DNA from: Trichosphaerium sp. ATCC 40318
Lineage: Eukaryota > Protista > Tubulinea
Length of the DNA: 64,000 nucleotides
Direction: 5' to 3'
NCBI GenBank assembly: GCA_038496445.1
Contig: JALMLS010000015.1
Span: 62,001-126,000 of the forward strand
In this document: positions 25,461-37,932 of the stretch, one piece after another
Numbering within the stretch: position 1 is the stretch's first letter
Layout of the letters: every line of letters starts with the position of its first letter
Translations under genes and position numbers: made by a program
The notes under the pieces: model-generated
What the model was told of the DNA's origin: nothing
Database searches by the model: none
What the model saw: the letters and a program-made list of their open reading frames with translations, nothing else

Positions 25461-27478
25461 TTACACGGCTACATTAGTAGTTGTCTCCGAAAATATTTTT
25501 GTACACCTTTTGATAAAAAATTGTATGACGTTAGGAGGTGCACGCAATGAGGGGCTCCACACTATAGCAAGATTTTTTGCACTCATCTTGTTAACATCAG
25601 ATCGTTCACAAACGCTATGTAGAACTGAAAAAAGGCGTTTCAGAAGCTCATATTGACCAACTGATAACGTGGATATTATTTCTCGAACTACGCGTTCTTT
25701 TTCACTAAGAGGAGCATGATCAGCGCTGACAACCATTCCCAATTCCTTTCAAGCAAATTAGCGACTTCGGTTGATGTATTGTTTTTTTTTTTTGGAAAAC
25801 ATGTGATTACATTTCGCAACATACCTTGCGGAACAGTGCGTCTGGTAACTCACGCATAAATAGCTTTAAAAGACTAGCAACGTTATTAGGGTTTTTAGTT
25901 GATTCCAATGATACCATTGCGCCTATTATTGGGTGAGCCAGTGAATTAAGAAAGCTTCAACCGTACCAGAATCGCATTTATTACGAATATTTTTAACTTC
26001 TTCGTTATTACCAGATAAGCGAAAAATGCCTTCCTCATTTAGACCCTTTTCTTTCAAATACGTCAAACACTTGTAAACTATGTCGGGCATATCTGAAGCA
26101 TCCTTAGATGGCCTTCGCATTATCGCTGTTGACAAAGAAACGCCGAAAATCTAATAATAAACAAAGTTACACTTATTCTCTGCAAGAATCTGACAAAAGT
26201 GACATACACGTGTCTCATCTGTGACGACTGGTTCTTCTACTTGTTCTACAGGTTCCATGACAACAGGTGGCGCAGTACGTTTTTGAATCTTAAGGAATTT
26301 CCTGAGACCTCTAGTTTTCTGAAAGAAGTCAGAATTTCGAAATTATTGACGCAGTCGTACTGTATTAAAAAATGATCTGGAAGGGTTATGTTGTTTCTTA
26401 AATTCCTCTGCGCTCAAACGCCTTTACCACAATAAGTACAAAAAAGATCATATGGTTTTACGCACTTCTCAATTGGAGGATGTTTTTTATGATTACTTCG
26501 TGGTGTCCGAGCTGGTAGTGCGGGTGGCACTTCTATAGATCTCTTTTTTGTGTCATTTGACCGTGGAGATTTTCTCTTGGACGATGCTGATTTTGTGTTC
26601 TTCTAGAAAAGTATTATTAATAAATGAACAGAAGTGTTTTTGTACGAAGAAAGAAACTTACAAAAAACAGAGTATTTATCAAATTAACGTACGTTATGAT
26701 CTGCTTCTAACTCGTTCAAAAACTGCGCAAACGCTGCTGTAGATTCCAAATCAGCTACACTCCGTGACTTGATCTGGAGATAAATGTGAGTGACATAAAT
26801 TTATCAAAATGTAGTATAAACACGCACGAGTCTACGGCGCTTTTTAGAATCTTGATGGCTTGCACTTGAACTTTTTTTCATACGCAATGAACCATGTTCG
26901 TTCTTCTTTTCAGGTACTGACAGCTGATGTACAACGGGAAAATCGAGTTTTGGTACTGAAGTGTCACATTGTTCAGCATTGTTATTCGGTTCATTATAAG
27001 ACATAAGGTGTTGAATTGCAGAGTTGTTTTGGAAACCTTCAACGACAGCATCGAATTCACTCTCTATGGAATTGTACGAACCACTAAATGCGTCTGATCC
27101 AGCTTGTGTAGATTGTGTGGGTTTGCGCGGTGGTATAGCCATTCCGTTGACTTCAATGTCTAAAGGGTCCGTTGAATCGGCGAATATTTGCCGTAATTGC
27201 TCGTTGAAGGTGTCACTAAGGCTTGTTCGCGCTCCTGGCGCAATATCTCTAAAATGCAACTCTGAAGACGCGGCTTGCTGCTGTCGTACTCTCTCGCGCG
27301 TACGTTGGCGACGCCTAAAACACATTTACAAATTTTTACAATACCAACGGGTACCTCCTGCTGCTTGCGCCTCTGCTTGCGACACTGTCATTCCCTAATG
27401 ACCTAGAACGCTAGTGAGCGCAGTTTTAATAGTCTCATACCCATACGAGCATTGAACGCCTTTGTTATCGTCAGCCAT
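25461..27478 (-). CDS. RhoGAP-domain protein
   Basis: FGVSL...CLTYLKEKGLNEEGIFRLSG (arginine finger), VASLLKLFMRELP, NKMSAKNLAIVWSPSL. Confidence 0.9.
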
Positions 27479-27746
27479 ATGTAGTTTGGTATGATTTGGA
27501 CCCTATTGTGCACATAATTAAATTAAACAGTAGTAAAGCTCACAAACACGTACGGAATACTATATGCAGGCGCCAACAATCATTCGTTGCAAAACAAAAT
27601 TTGTCTGTCCCAAGTAAAACAATTTGGCTTGCTTAATTGACTCATTTAAAACGCCCCAAAAGGCAACAATACGACGCGTCTTTAAATATGCTTCCTTCAG
27701 GGCCTTCTGGATTTTGTACGTGGCATTTTGATTTAACGTTGTCTCA

Positions 27747-29406
27747 ATGATGGTTTCACCCCACACCTGTTCGTATTTGTATGTTAGACTGATACAGCTA
27801 GTTCATGCGCCCGTGTCTAAGGCACTTATGTTCCTCGCGGCTGGAGGATCGATTCTAGCCTCTATGTTCAACATGAAGCACTTGATGGTGCTTAACAGAG
27901 AGGGTACGGCGTATAATATTTCATCAAAACGCCAAACTAACTATAATAGGTCTGTTACGCATGGAACTATGGCGTGTATTCACAAACCACTTTATTTTTA
28001 ATAGCACTGGCGAATTGCTATTAGGGCTAATTCTACTGTACTATTTTCGCTTATTTGAACGCCAAATGGGATCTACCAAGTTTGGGGTGCGCCACTTTCC
28101 GTCACAACTGTAATTTTACCTTTGAATTATTTGAAACATATTGTTTCTGATCAAACGTCAATTATTTGGTTATGAAGTGGTTTTTGACTGTGCCTAGGCG
28201 TTTTTATTTCTTTCATCAACATTTTCATCATTGATGCAAGTTGGAATGCTTGCTTACGAAAGAACAACACCATTGGCAATGTTGAAGAGATTTCTAGAGT
28301 TCTCTGGACCGTACGTCCATAAATGTCAAAATGCAATTTCAAACTAAAAACTCAAAACCCAATGACTGTTTAGCTCACAGTGTCGCTTTTTTTTTTTCGT
28401 ACCCAGTCACACCAAACCATCGTTAGCTATTGTTTTAGTTGCTAAACGATAGTTGTCGCTGAGTGGGATGTAACAATTTGAGTGATAATTTGAACTTTTT
28501 GAATGTTCTTCGATTGATAATCCATTGATAATTTACACTAGGTACTCTATCGTGTTTGCCTGTTTTGTTCAATTCCATAAAGACGTACCAGTGTTCCATC
28601 GTTTCAGGTAAGAATACAGTTACTGGTACATCACTCACTCGCACATAGGATATTTGGCATACCTTTGACTGATAAATTCTTTGCTTATGTACTTGGCATG
28701 CAAGTACGCCAGTTACTTTTTAGGATTTCCTTTCCTTTTTTTGCATCTTCCTGTTTTACTCTTACTGCCTTGTTACTCTGTTTTCACTTCCTTACTTACG
28801 GTAGTTGTTCGTTGCAAATTGGCCAAACTCTGCAATAAACGCTGCGTTTGGTATTGCTGCCGGTGCCTTGTACCGGTTTGAAGCATTTGGTTTCTCACGA
28901 TTCACTTTACCTCGATTTGTCAACTCTTTCTTTCACACTATCTTTTCTCCACTCATTACTACTGCTCCAAGAACACCTACGAATATAGTTCGTGCAACAC
29001 AACCTACTCATGTTCCCCGTGGCCGAAGAAGAGTACGCAAATACGAAAAAATTTTCCTACTTGAACAAACATTTAATATCCTTAGCAGCCAATGGTGCAG
29101 GCACAAGGCGTCAGAGATCAACTCATTCCAGATGGTAAGTATTGAATTCCCAAACTCACAAATATTAACCTACATAGCTTGGGGCATGCCTCCACCGCAA
29201 CCACCGGCAGAAACGTCTATTGCAAACCTTGTGGGAATGGGATTTTCTAGGTACCTGCTTTTGTATTTTTCTGTTTTTTTTTGGTTCAAAAAACCATTTA
29301 CCGATGTTTATCCACTTATAAAATTTATAGAGCGCAAGCTATAGCAGCATTGACTAGGTTTAATAATAATGAACAGCTCGCCATTAACTCACTGCTTGAT
29401 GGATAA
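27747..29406 (+). CDS. UBAC2: Rhomboid-like pseudoprotease with C-terminal UBA (UBAC2/Dsc2-like)
   Basis: HAPVSKAL, WRVFTNHFIF...GELLLGLILLYYFRLFERQMGSTKF and SGPY. UBA: IANLVGMGFSR...AIAALTRFNNNEQLAINSLL. Confidence 0.85.
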
Positions 29407-30530
29407 CATGTACATAACAAACAAAAGTAAAAAACACTTACGTAACTTGGGTTTTTTTTCCGTTTATAATTTTCGGCTTTTATGGTATGTTGGGTACCCA
29501 CTACATAACTGTCATCATAAATCACGTTTATTTAAGCTACTTAACGGTAATACAAACAATATTGCGGATTACAAAAACACTTGGATAAAACGATCCTACA
29601 CGCGTAGATAAACCGCTTGGGTTGAAGAGCGAAGTGCAGTAATAATTTGTAGGTGTACACTGATTTCGTATTTTCTAAACATACGTATCTGATATTTTAT
29701 CGCGATGCGTGTCGCGTGGTGTCGTTGATTGTGCTAGTACTACATGTAGCAAGAAGATCCTTTCCCTTGCTGACGTCACAATACAAAATGATTATGTTGT
29801 TATGGTGTAGTGGCGCACTATTGTCATTTTAGTTTAAAAGCGGTGAACTTAGGATTTTTTTGTTTTGAAAAAACGGTCCTTTGAAAAGATGACACTTAAT
29901 TTCTCGTCGTCACGCGTCTACACTACCTCTTAGAACAACTGGTTACAATTTCTGTTGGTTTTTTTTTTTTTGAATTGTGACACGCGTTGGGCATTTAAAT
30001 TCACCGAGTGATTACCCTCGGCTGGTTTTTGAAAAGTGTCATTGGTACAAAACATTTGCGGCATTGTCGGGAAATAAATATCTTGAATTTTTAAGGGACA
30101 AATACAAGTCCGGACAAAAACTGATCGGGTTTTACACCAACCACGTTCCACGGAAACGAATTCGTAATGCGTATGGCCGTTATATGGACGTTTTGGTTTA
30201 AATTATCCGGGAAAAAACATATTTCCGCTTTTTATCCGCAATTATTACCTCTACATCACCAATACGTATTATTCATGCGTAAAAAAGCAGCCGGTTAAAA
30301 TATTACCCAAAAAATGCAACTGACATCATTACGTTAAACGTTCTTAGTGTTCTCTCATACGCCATATACTCGATCATCCCTCGGAAAATGTACTAAAGTA
30401 CGTATGGATTAAAACTGGAGAAATTTTCACAGCGGGCAAAAAATACATCCGAATTTTTAAGCAACTGACTGGCCATTACCTCATCTCTCTACAAGTGTCA
30501 CAACACTTCATCAAAATCATATCAAACAAA

Positions 30531-32899
30531 ATGGATCCATTCGTAGACGAGCTACACGTTCGTAAAAGACGAAAGATCTCAATCGCCTGTGTTGCTTGTA
30601 GACAGAAGCATGAAAAGTGCGATGGCACTCACCCTTGTAAATACTGTACCAGACGCGGTTTCGAGTGCGTGTACCCTCCACCAAAAAAAAGAGGCCCTCA
30701 GCCTGGTATGCATACATTAGCTAATCGTTGTGTCACGCGAGCATTCAAAGGCGGACACTTCATACCTATTCGTCACATTAATTTGTCCGCCAAAGACAAA
30801 GTTTTCCAACGTTGTCCTTTCATCATTCTGATACGTTACAGGTGTGCGAAGGAAGCTTAAACAACAGATGGAGTCGTTGAATAACGAATTAGAGAAGCAG
30901 AGAGCTCACAACGAAGTTTCGCAAAAAATCATACGCGACTTGACGTTGCAACTCAATAACGCTAGAAAACGCAATAGAGACAGTTCTTTTGTTACCATTC
31001 CACCTCCAACATCAAGTGTTAAGCCTTTTAATACTTTTGAAGTTCACGTGCGTTCTTTGAATTCCACTTGAGATAGAAGTGAAATCTTTGTCTTATTCCG
31101 TGTTAGGACAATACTGAGTTTACATACTATCTCGATGCAGTCCAAACATGGGTAAAAACAGTTTTCGGAGGTATAGGAAACATTGACCTTCAAGCGGCTA
31201 TGTCTAAAGAATGTACGTGAATGACAAACCGGTAGTACCATTGGAAATTGATTTTTGTTTTTTAGGTACAGCTGAGAATTGCCAAATCTACTCCATGATG
31301 TCAATTGGAGCACATACTTGTGGTCAGATTGAGCGCGCTCAAGAGTTGTTTAAAATTGCCAAAAGCATGGCTAGCTCAATCCTAGAGAACCCTAGCTTCG
31401 CTGGTGCAAGTACGTGGCATGAAGGAGGAGAAAACAAAAGTTTTATTTAGTCCGCTGGTTTTTCCACACTTACTTATTTTAATTGAAATAGATGCCTACT
31501 TGCTGATGGGTATATACTACATGTACAACGGACAGATTGAAACATACGAGTTCTTTGTTAGCATAGCATTCAATATGTGCAGTTTATTGACACGTGATAC
31601 CAAGACAGCAATCGGTACGAACAAAACTCAAAAGAAACACCGAGGTCGGTAAAAATAAACGCCCGATGTTCCGACTTTTTTTTTTGGTAAAGTGTCTTTA
31701 CCTATTGGACTAACTGAATGGCTTAGATCCTAATGCAAGAATGACATTTAGGACAGCACAAATATGTGTCGCTGAGTGTCCTCGGATATTTGACTACGAG
31801 ACTCGCGTACACCTGCTTAAAACTGCTATTTCCGACCTAAGAGAAAAAGATTTTGAAGACTTAACCTCAACCGAATTGACTCAACTTTTCATGGCTTCTT
31901 CTATGAGGGTTATACTTGAAGTAGATTATGCTCTAATGAATGGATCATTCCCTTCTGATGTAGCTCAATCAGAGTGTATGGTACGTAATCCCTACCGCGA
32001 AAACTATTATTCCACTTTACCGCTTTTCACTGAACATGGCAAAAAAACTAATGTAATGTAGTTGACACTGGTTCAAATTGAAGATCTAGCAACCAAAGTT
32101 AGAAGCGATGGATTCTTTACACTTAGTGCACAGTCGATACGCGCTAAATTTTATTTGGCAATGGGCTACGCTGAAAATGCAAAACAGGTACGCCTTTTTA
32201 ACTCACTCTTCAAAACATGAAAACGTGTTCCAAACTCACTCTTTTCATTAGATGGCTGATGCAGTGGCAACTTCTATGCACAGTATGGCACAATTTAGAA
32301 GCGACTGGAGTCCCACGTACTGCTGTATTATGAAAAACGTTATAGACGTAAGTTTATTTTTTTCCTTTTTTTTTAAATTGACTTCGTTGCTAATGTAAAC
32401 GAACAGGTCCACACAATAATCGGTGGTGATGAGGCTACGCTCCAAAAAGATTTAGACGTATTTGAGACAATTGGTAAAACACTATTGTTTGGTCGTGTGG
32501 TAGCTGCTGTACGTTTTCAAAACTTTTCTTTTTTCTATGAAATACTTTTCATTTATTTCCATTTTTCTTATTTTTTTCAAGGTACTAAGAAAAGCAGTCA
32601 GTAACAAAGCTCGATCATTTGATGTTTGCAATCATGTATCATACTGTGAAAGAGGACTTTGGAAGAAGGAAAGAAAGAATGTCTTGGCATCACAGAACTT
32701 GGATAGTTCCGTAGACTGTGAATCAAATCATTCCCATAGTGGTTTGTCAGTTGATGAAGAAGATTCTACAGACTCCTTAGATGGCGCTCTGGCACCTTCT
32801 CCTCTTGAACCTACTTGTTTAAAGAATATGGAAGAGTTCCTAGGTGAAAATGACTGGCTCACAGGGGCATCATTTGATACTCGCTTGTTTACCACATAA
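30531..32899 (+). CDS. Zn(II)2Cys6 binuclear-cluster transcription factor
   Basis: ACVACRQKHEKCDGTHPCKYCTRRGFECVY followed by KKRGP, a coiled coil, a helical middle region and an acidic C-terminus. Confidence 0.9.
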
Positions 32900-33155
32900 C
32901 AGTGTGCCTTGAACAAAAAAAACAACAAAAATTTCGGAGATGTAAATTTGTAAATATTGTCAAATTGTACTTTAAAAATTGAGGCTCATTATCAAGTACC
33001 TTGATAGTGGGAATAAATATGTTCTACAAGATATATATATAACCTGCCTTCGTGTTCAAGTGTTTTTTCGAAAAGGAGTTAAGTTAACCTACTTTTGGAA
33101 TAAGTCTTAGACGCAAAAAACGGTGTAGAATTACGTAACTGTCAAGCAATTAGTA

Positions 33156-33731
33156 ATGGCGGCTGTAGTAGTTAAAAAGAAGGTGGAAGAAATGTTTAAC
33201 GTTAACAGCCGAGCCAAAACAAAGCTGTTTAAAACAAAATCAGTGGATACCGGTACATTAGTATACAAGGAGTATAAATGGCAAAGACAAGGCGATTGTG
33301 ATGATATAATACAAGGTTACTACAGTTTAACGCCATTATCCGCAGAAACAATAAAAAAAGAAGTCAAGTACTCTGAGGAGGTTGTCAATGCTATAGAATC
33401 GTTACCAGATGAATTTCTTCATAAAGGAGACGGTATTTTAGGCTATACAACCCATGCAAAGTACGATATGGATGAAGGTACATTGTCTCTACAAGGAAGC
33501 AGTTGTGGCCGTCTTTATGGCGAAGTCATAAGCTATTTCTGCTTGTTCAAGAAGTACATGATGATTTTAACTGCTTTTTTTCTTTCACTAGGGTTTTATG
33601 AGGAAAGGACTTGTTTGTATTTCTTGAATGGATCAAAGAAGCTTGTAGAGTATAGAAAAGTGACACCTGTGACAGGGAAATCAAGTTATGTAGTTCAAGA
33701 AATAAATGTAAAAAAGAAAATAATTCAATAA
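33156..33731 (+). CDS. Hypothetical protein (probably one intron ~33526-33591)
   Basis: 191-aa ORF with an internal T-rich GT..AG segment. No recognisable family. Confidence 0.55.
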   Translation: MAAVVVKKKVEEMFNVNSRAKTKLFKTKSVDTGTLVYKEYKWQRQGDCDDIIQGYYSLTPLSAETIKKEVKYSEEVVNAIESLPDEFLHKGDGILGYTTHAKYDMDEGTLSLQGSSCGRLYGEVISYFCLFKKYMMILTAFFLSLGFYEERTCLYFLNGSKKLVEYRKVTPVTGKSSYVVQEINVKKKIIQ

Positions 33732-33979
33732 CACGTGCAATTTGAACAAGCCGTTTTAATTTTATAACTAGTTGGCTGAGGCTACCCAGATGACTGTAGC
33801 TCTGAAAATTTGTAACTACTATACCGAACAAAGTATTAGACATCAGATGTGTAGCATGGCTAGTAACTAGAATGTCTGTATAGCACAGGAATGAATATTT
33901 CATCACTAGCGTTTTATTTGACTTGTCATAACTAGTAATCACAAGGGTAGCTATGCTATCTGTACATACTTCTAGGATA

Positions 33980-34922
33980 CTAAATTCCAAACATCTGCCT
34001 TGTATTCTCTCTAAGTGTGCTATACATTTTATCTACGGTAACTTTTTTTATTTCTGCCATTTTTTCAACTATCTGAGGAATGTATCCTGAATGGCATGTT
34101 GTGCCTCTAAACTAACGTATAAGTCCATCATTTAGGTTTGGTTTGTATGTACCTGAATGGTTCTGGTGACATATAAGGACCATCAGTCTCTACAAGTAAG
34201 CGATCAAGAGGTATTGACTCAACAACTGCACGTAGTTTTTTCGCCTAAAACAAGAAAGAAAAAAGTAAGAAAAAAATGAGTATGTATTAACTATGTCTTA
34301 CTCGTTTAAACGTAATTACTCCAGTGAAACCGATATATAGATTACTAAACTCTTTTAGTAATGTTTCTGCAAACGCTTTAGAGTCTGTAAAGCAATGAAC
34401 GTTGATTTTGTAGTCTGCTGGAATAAACTCTTTCATAATCTTCAGAGTATCTTCCTCTGCTTCTCTTGTATGTATTATGACAGGTTTTTGTATTTTTAAT
34501 AGCGCTTTAAGTTGTTTAATAAATACTTGCTTCTGTAACTCATGTGGCGCATAGGTGACGCCTTTAAATTGATGGTAGTCTAGTCCCTTTTACTAGTTAT
34601 GATGACATTTGCCATAAAATCTGTTAAAAGCGCGTACAGTTTCTCCCCATGCTACTGATTTGTCTAGTTTCACTAATTGTGTAATCTTTTCTTCAACTTC
34701 AGCCGAATATTGCTCCGCCCACAGTGGATGTATCCCAAACGCGCCATAGACAGTTTTATGCGTAAGAAGTGCTTTGTTAACGTCCATAGTCTTTGCATCA
34801 CAACAAACGCTTATACAGCGTTCAAACTTATCCCCATAAACAGAGTGCAGCTTCTCGTACGTGAATTTGGTTTTATCGAGGATTTCAGGCAAATTACAGT
34901 GTGTATCGACATACAAAGCCAT
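33980..34922 (-). CDS. tatD: TatD-family deoxyribonuclease
   Basis: YVDTHCN, GIHP, VAWGETGLDY, IIHTREA, VHCFT, IPLDRLLVETDGPYM motifs. N-terminus may extend upstream. Confidence 0.9.
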
Positions 34923-35454
34923 TTTACGCTTATACACCCCGGCGGTAGTACGCCTACGCTTTTGAATGCTTCTAAAAAGCATTAAAGTCAACTAAAATAC
35001 TAACTTGTACAAAAGAAAAAACGTCGTTCACGTGGTAGTAAATTGGTCATATAGTCTCTTTCAATCGGTTAGTACAATTCAAGTATAATTGTATGTTGGG
35101 CGAGGCAGAATAAACACGATATTGGCTATTAGTGGTTTGGGTTGTTCACTATTTGACTCGTCCTATGTTCATTCCTACGCATCTCAAAATCGTGGAAAGG
35201 CCCACGGGCAGCTGCTACTGGAGAGAATCAGGCTATAATCCACTATTTTTCGCCCGAAGATTCCTCATTTGCCAATTTGAACTTTTTTGTTGCATTCCTT
35301 TTTTAGGTTTCTTAGTTTACTCATCTTGTTGGAACCATTTTCAGTAAACGCTAGAGACTAACGGGATAGCTTGTGTATAAAGTGTTGAAAATTGTTTATA
35401 ATACATGTGTAATGCATGAGCACTTTAGTTTTTTTGTGGGTAGTGTTTTTTGAA

Positions 35455-36421
35455 TTATTCTACTTCTGTATCAGATAGCTCATCTCCCGAGTCCTCATCA
35501 TCACTTGTATCAACAACGACTTCAAAAATGAATTCCCCTGCAGCAAGTGAATCTTGTTGTGCTATAATAGTCCTTCGTGCTATTCTCTAAAGAAGAATAG
35601 CGTTAAAAAAGGAGTCTTCTTGTCGTTTCGAACAGTGTTCCAAAAGCCATTGTACGAATACTGAAAATAATTGTATTTGACAAATATTGCTTCAAAATGA
35701 GGTTTTGATAAGTCATAGGGCATTTCAAATACGTACGTAATCAGCTAGTACACGTCGGAGTGAAAAAATCCAGCATATTACAAAAGCAAGAAAAAACACC
35801 ATTACTATGCCTACAGCGAAACCATCTATGCGTCGGTATTAGTTTTAGGATATTTCAAAGGGAAATTAGTAAAATGTGACGTTTTGTGATTAAATAGATG
35901 TGAAAGGTGGTAAGTACACTAAAAATCCGTTTTAAAAGCGTACCATGTATCTGTAGGCCATCTTTTAATACCACGTATCCTAAGAGGCACGCAATAGCTA
36001 CTACAAAATTTGCTGCCATAAAAAGTATACCACTGGCTAGTAGGTTGTCTGGTAAGAACGCATTGATTTCTCTTTGTTGCATTGCGAAAGTTTTGAAGGT
36101 CGTTAAAGAAATAAATAATAAAAGAAAATAATTATCAGATTTTCAGAAAATCGCCTATTGTTTGTACTAGCAGCATTTAAACTACACATGACGCAAACTA
36201 CGGACTCTGTTGCAATAGCATAGTAATATATACCATCGTAAGATATTCTGTAGCTACCCAAAAGACGAAACAAGCACGAATAATAAAAAGTCCGACATGG
36301 CCTTTGGCTTGTTCCAAAAATAATATACTTCCCTCCCCAACTAAGACAACTAGCTAGCTCCTCGAGCCTCTTACACTTACCAGGAGCTCACGAACCAATA
36401 CACAAAAAAAAGTGATAACAT
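35455..36421 (-). CDS. Hypothetical multi-pass membrane protein with acidic tail
   Basis: Hydrophobic exons (LLASGILFMAANFVVAIACLLGYVVL; GFAVGIVMVFFLAFVICWIF) and tail ...SDDEDSGDELSDTEVE*. Confidence 0.5.
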
Positions 36422-36553
36422 TTTAAAACTGTGACTTTGTTTTATTGCTAAGGGCTGTTTGTACACACTAAGAGGTTTGCCGCCACATAATCACATTATC
36501 GTTTGTTTCTTTTCTTTTGATGAAAAAGATTCAAAAAGAGAGGAGTAAGTAAA

Positions 36554-37842
36554 CTAAACTTTCTTGCTGACTTGTTTTCGTTTAGAAACAGATTCATCGA
36601 ATTTTGAGTGTTGGTTGCATGCTAAACAAAGAAGGAAAAAAAGTCAGTATCAAAAGGTAGCTTGAGGAATTTATCAGAAATAGAATTTTAGGAAGTCTGG
36701 CTTTTCTTATTGCGTGATACGAAACGACATATTTTTGTGTAAAAATAAAACTACAGAAGGGAATCTCGATACCCTATGGTATTTAAAAACTCCTATAAAA
36801 CAATCGTGGGCGTGTTTTTGTGGTTTTTTTAAGGAGGTCTGTTTTGGCGAAAGAAATTTCGGTTTTTTTCGGTTTTTTAGCTTTTTTGATGTTTCTTAGT
36901 CTTACCTTTGTAGAAGTGTGCTGTTGGTGCAATACCTGTTGGCATAACAGCTAATATTTTATCCAAAATGTTTTGCAAATTTGTTTCTTTCTTCTTATTC
37001 CATACTTGCATAATATTATCATGAGTTCTTACTGATACTGTAATACCAGTTATATCATCATCATCTAAAATAAAAATCAGTAAATCAAGCTTGGCTTAGG
37101 TTCATATCGAGTATTGGATTGCATCCAAGCCAAAAACGACAAAAAAGAAACTTAAAAAAAAAAGCCACATTAAACGCTTTTTCTTCTCTGCTTACCATCA
37201 ATTATAGGTGCGAATTGTTCTCCAACAGCTGCTAGTAGTAATTCTTTCCAAACATTAGGTCTGTGTATGTAAAGGACAAATATTTGTTTTGAAAAAAAAA
37301 AAATGACATTTTTGGGATACGACGCTTCTTTTGAGATACGCAGAGACCAAAATCCGCCATCAGCGTTTTCTGGATCTTCCCTAAGCGTGTGTTCGTAAGT
37401 AATGTTGATAATAGTTGAATTGATTGGCTTTATTTGAAACTAGTACGCGTAAATCGTGTTCTACTGCGTACCAAATGGGTTTGACGCCTTTTTTCATCAA
37501 ATGGTACGAAGATTTTGGAGAGAGTTGTTCTACACCAGGCAAACTATTATAACACGACCAAAACGACTACACGAAAGGTTTGTGCATGAAATATTTGGCG
37601 GCAACGCACTTGAACTGAGTCAAAGCTACATAGCTCGTTTAGGTTCTTCTCAAACTCCTCTGCGGTTTGGCCTGGACCTTGGAATTTATCATGCCAAAAA
37701 GACCACTAACGCAAAACGTTAACATATATACACTCTTGGTGCAACACAGAAGAATAGGAAGCACTTTACAAAACAAATTGGCACGAACTGATTTTTGTAG
37801 TGGTATTGGTTCTCCACCGAGTAGGCCAAGTTCTGATGACAT
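36554..37842 (-). CDS. EIF4E3: Class III eIF4E cap-binding protein
   Basis: WSFWHDK...EEFEKNL, FWSCYNSLP, SYHLMKKGVKPIWEDPENADGGFW, VWKELLLAAVGEQF. Confidence 0.85.
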
Positions 37843-37932
37843 TGTATGCAATAAGCCTGTGTTAAACTAGTATAATAGCGATTTTGGCTTAATTTAGTGT
37901 TAAGGAGCAGAGTACAAAACAGCTTGCTTCAA

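Noticed and set aside
27024-27398. Antisense ORFs in the track (this one, 7328-7582, 34677-34985, 58509-58700 and similar)
   Set aside because: They are shadows of real exons on the opposite strand with no independent motifs.
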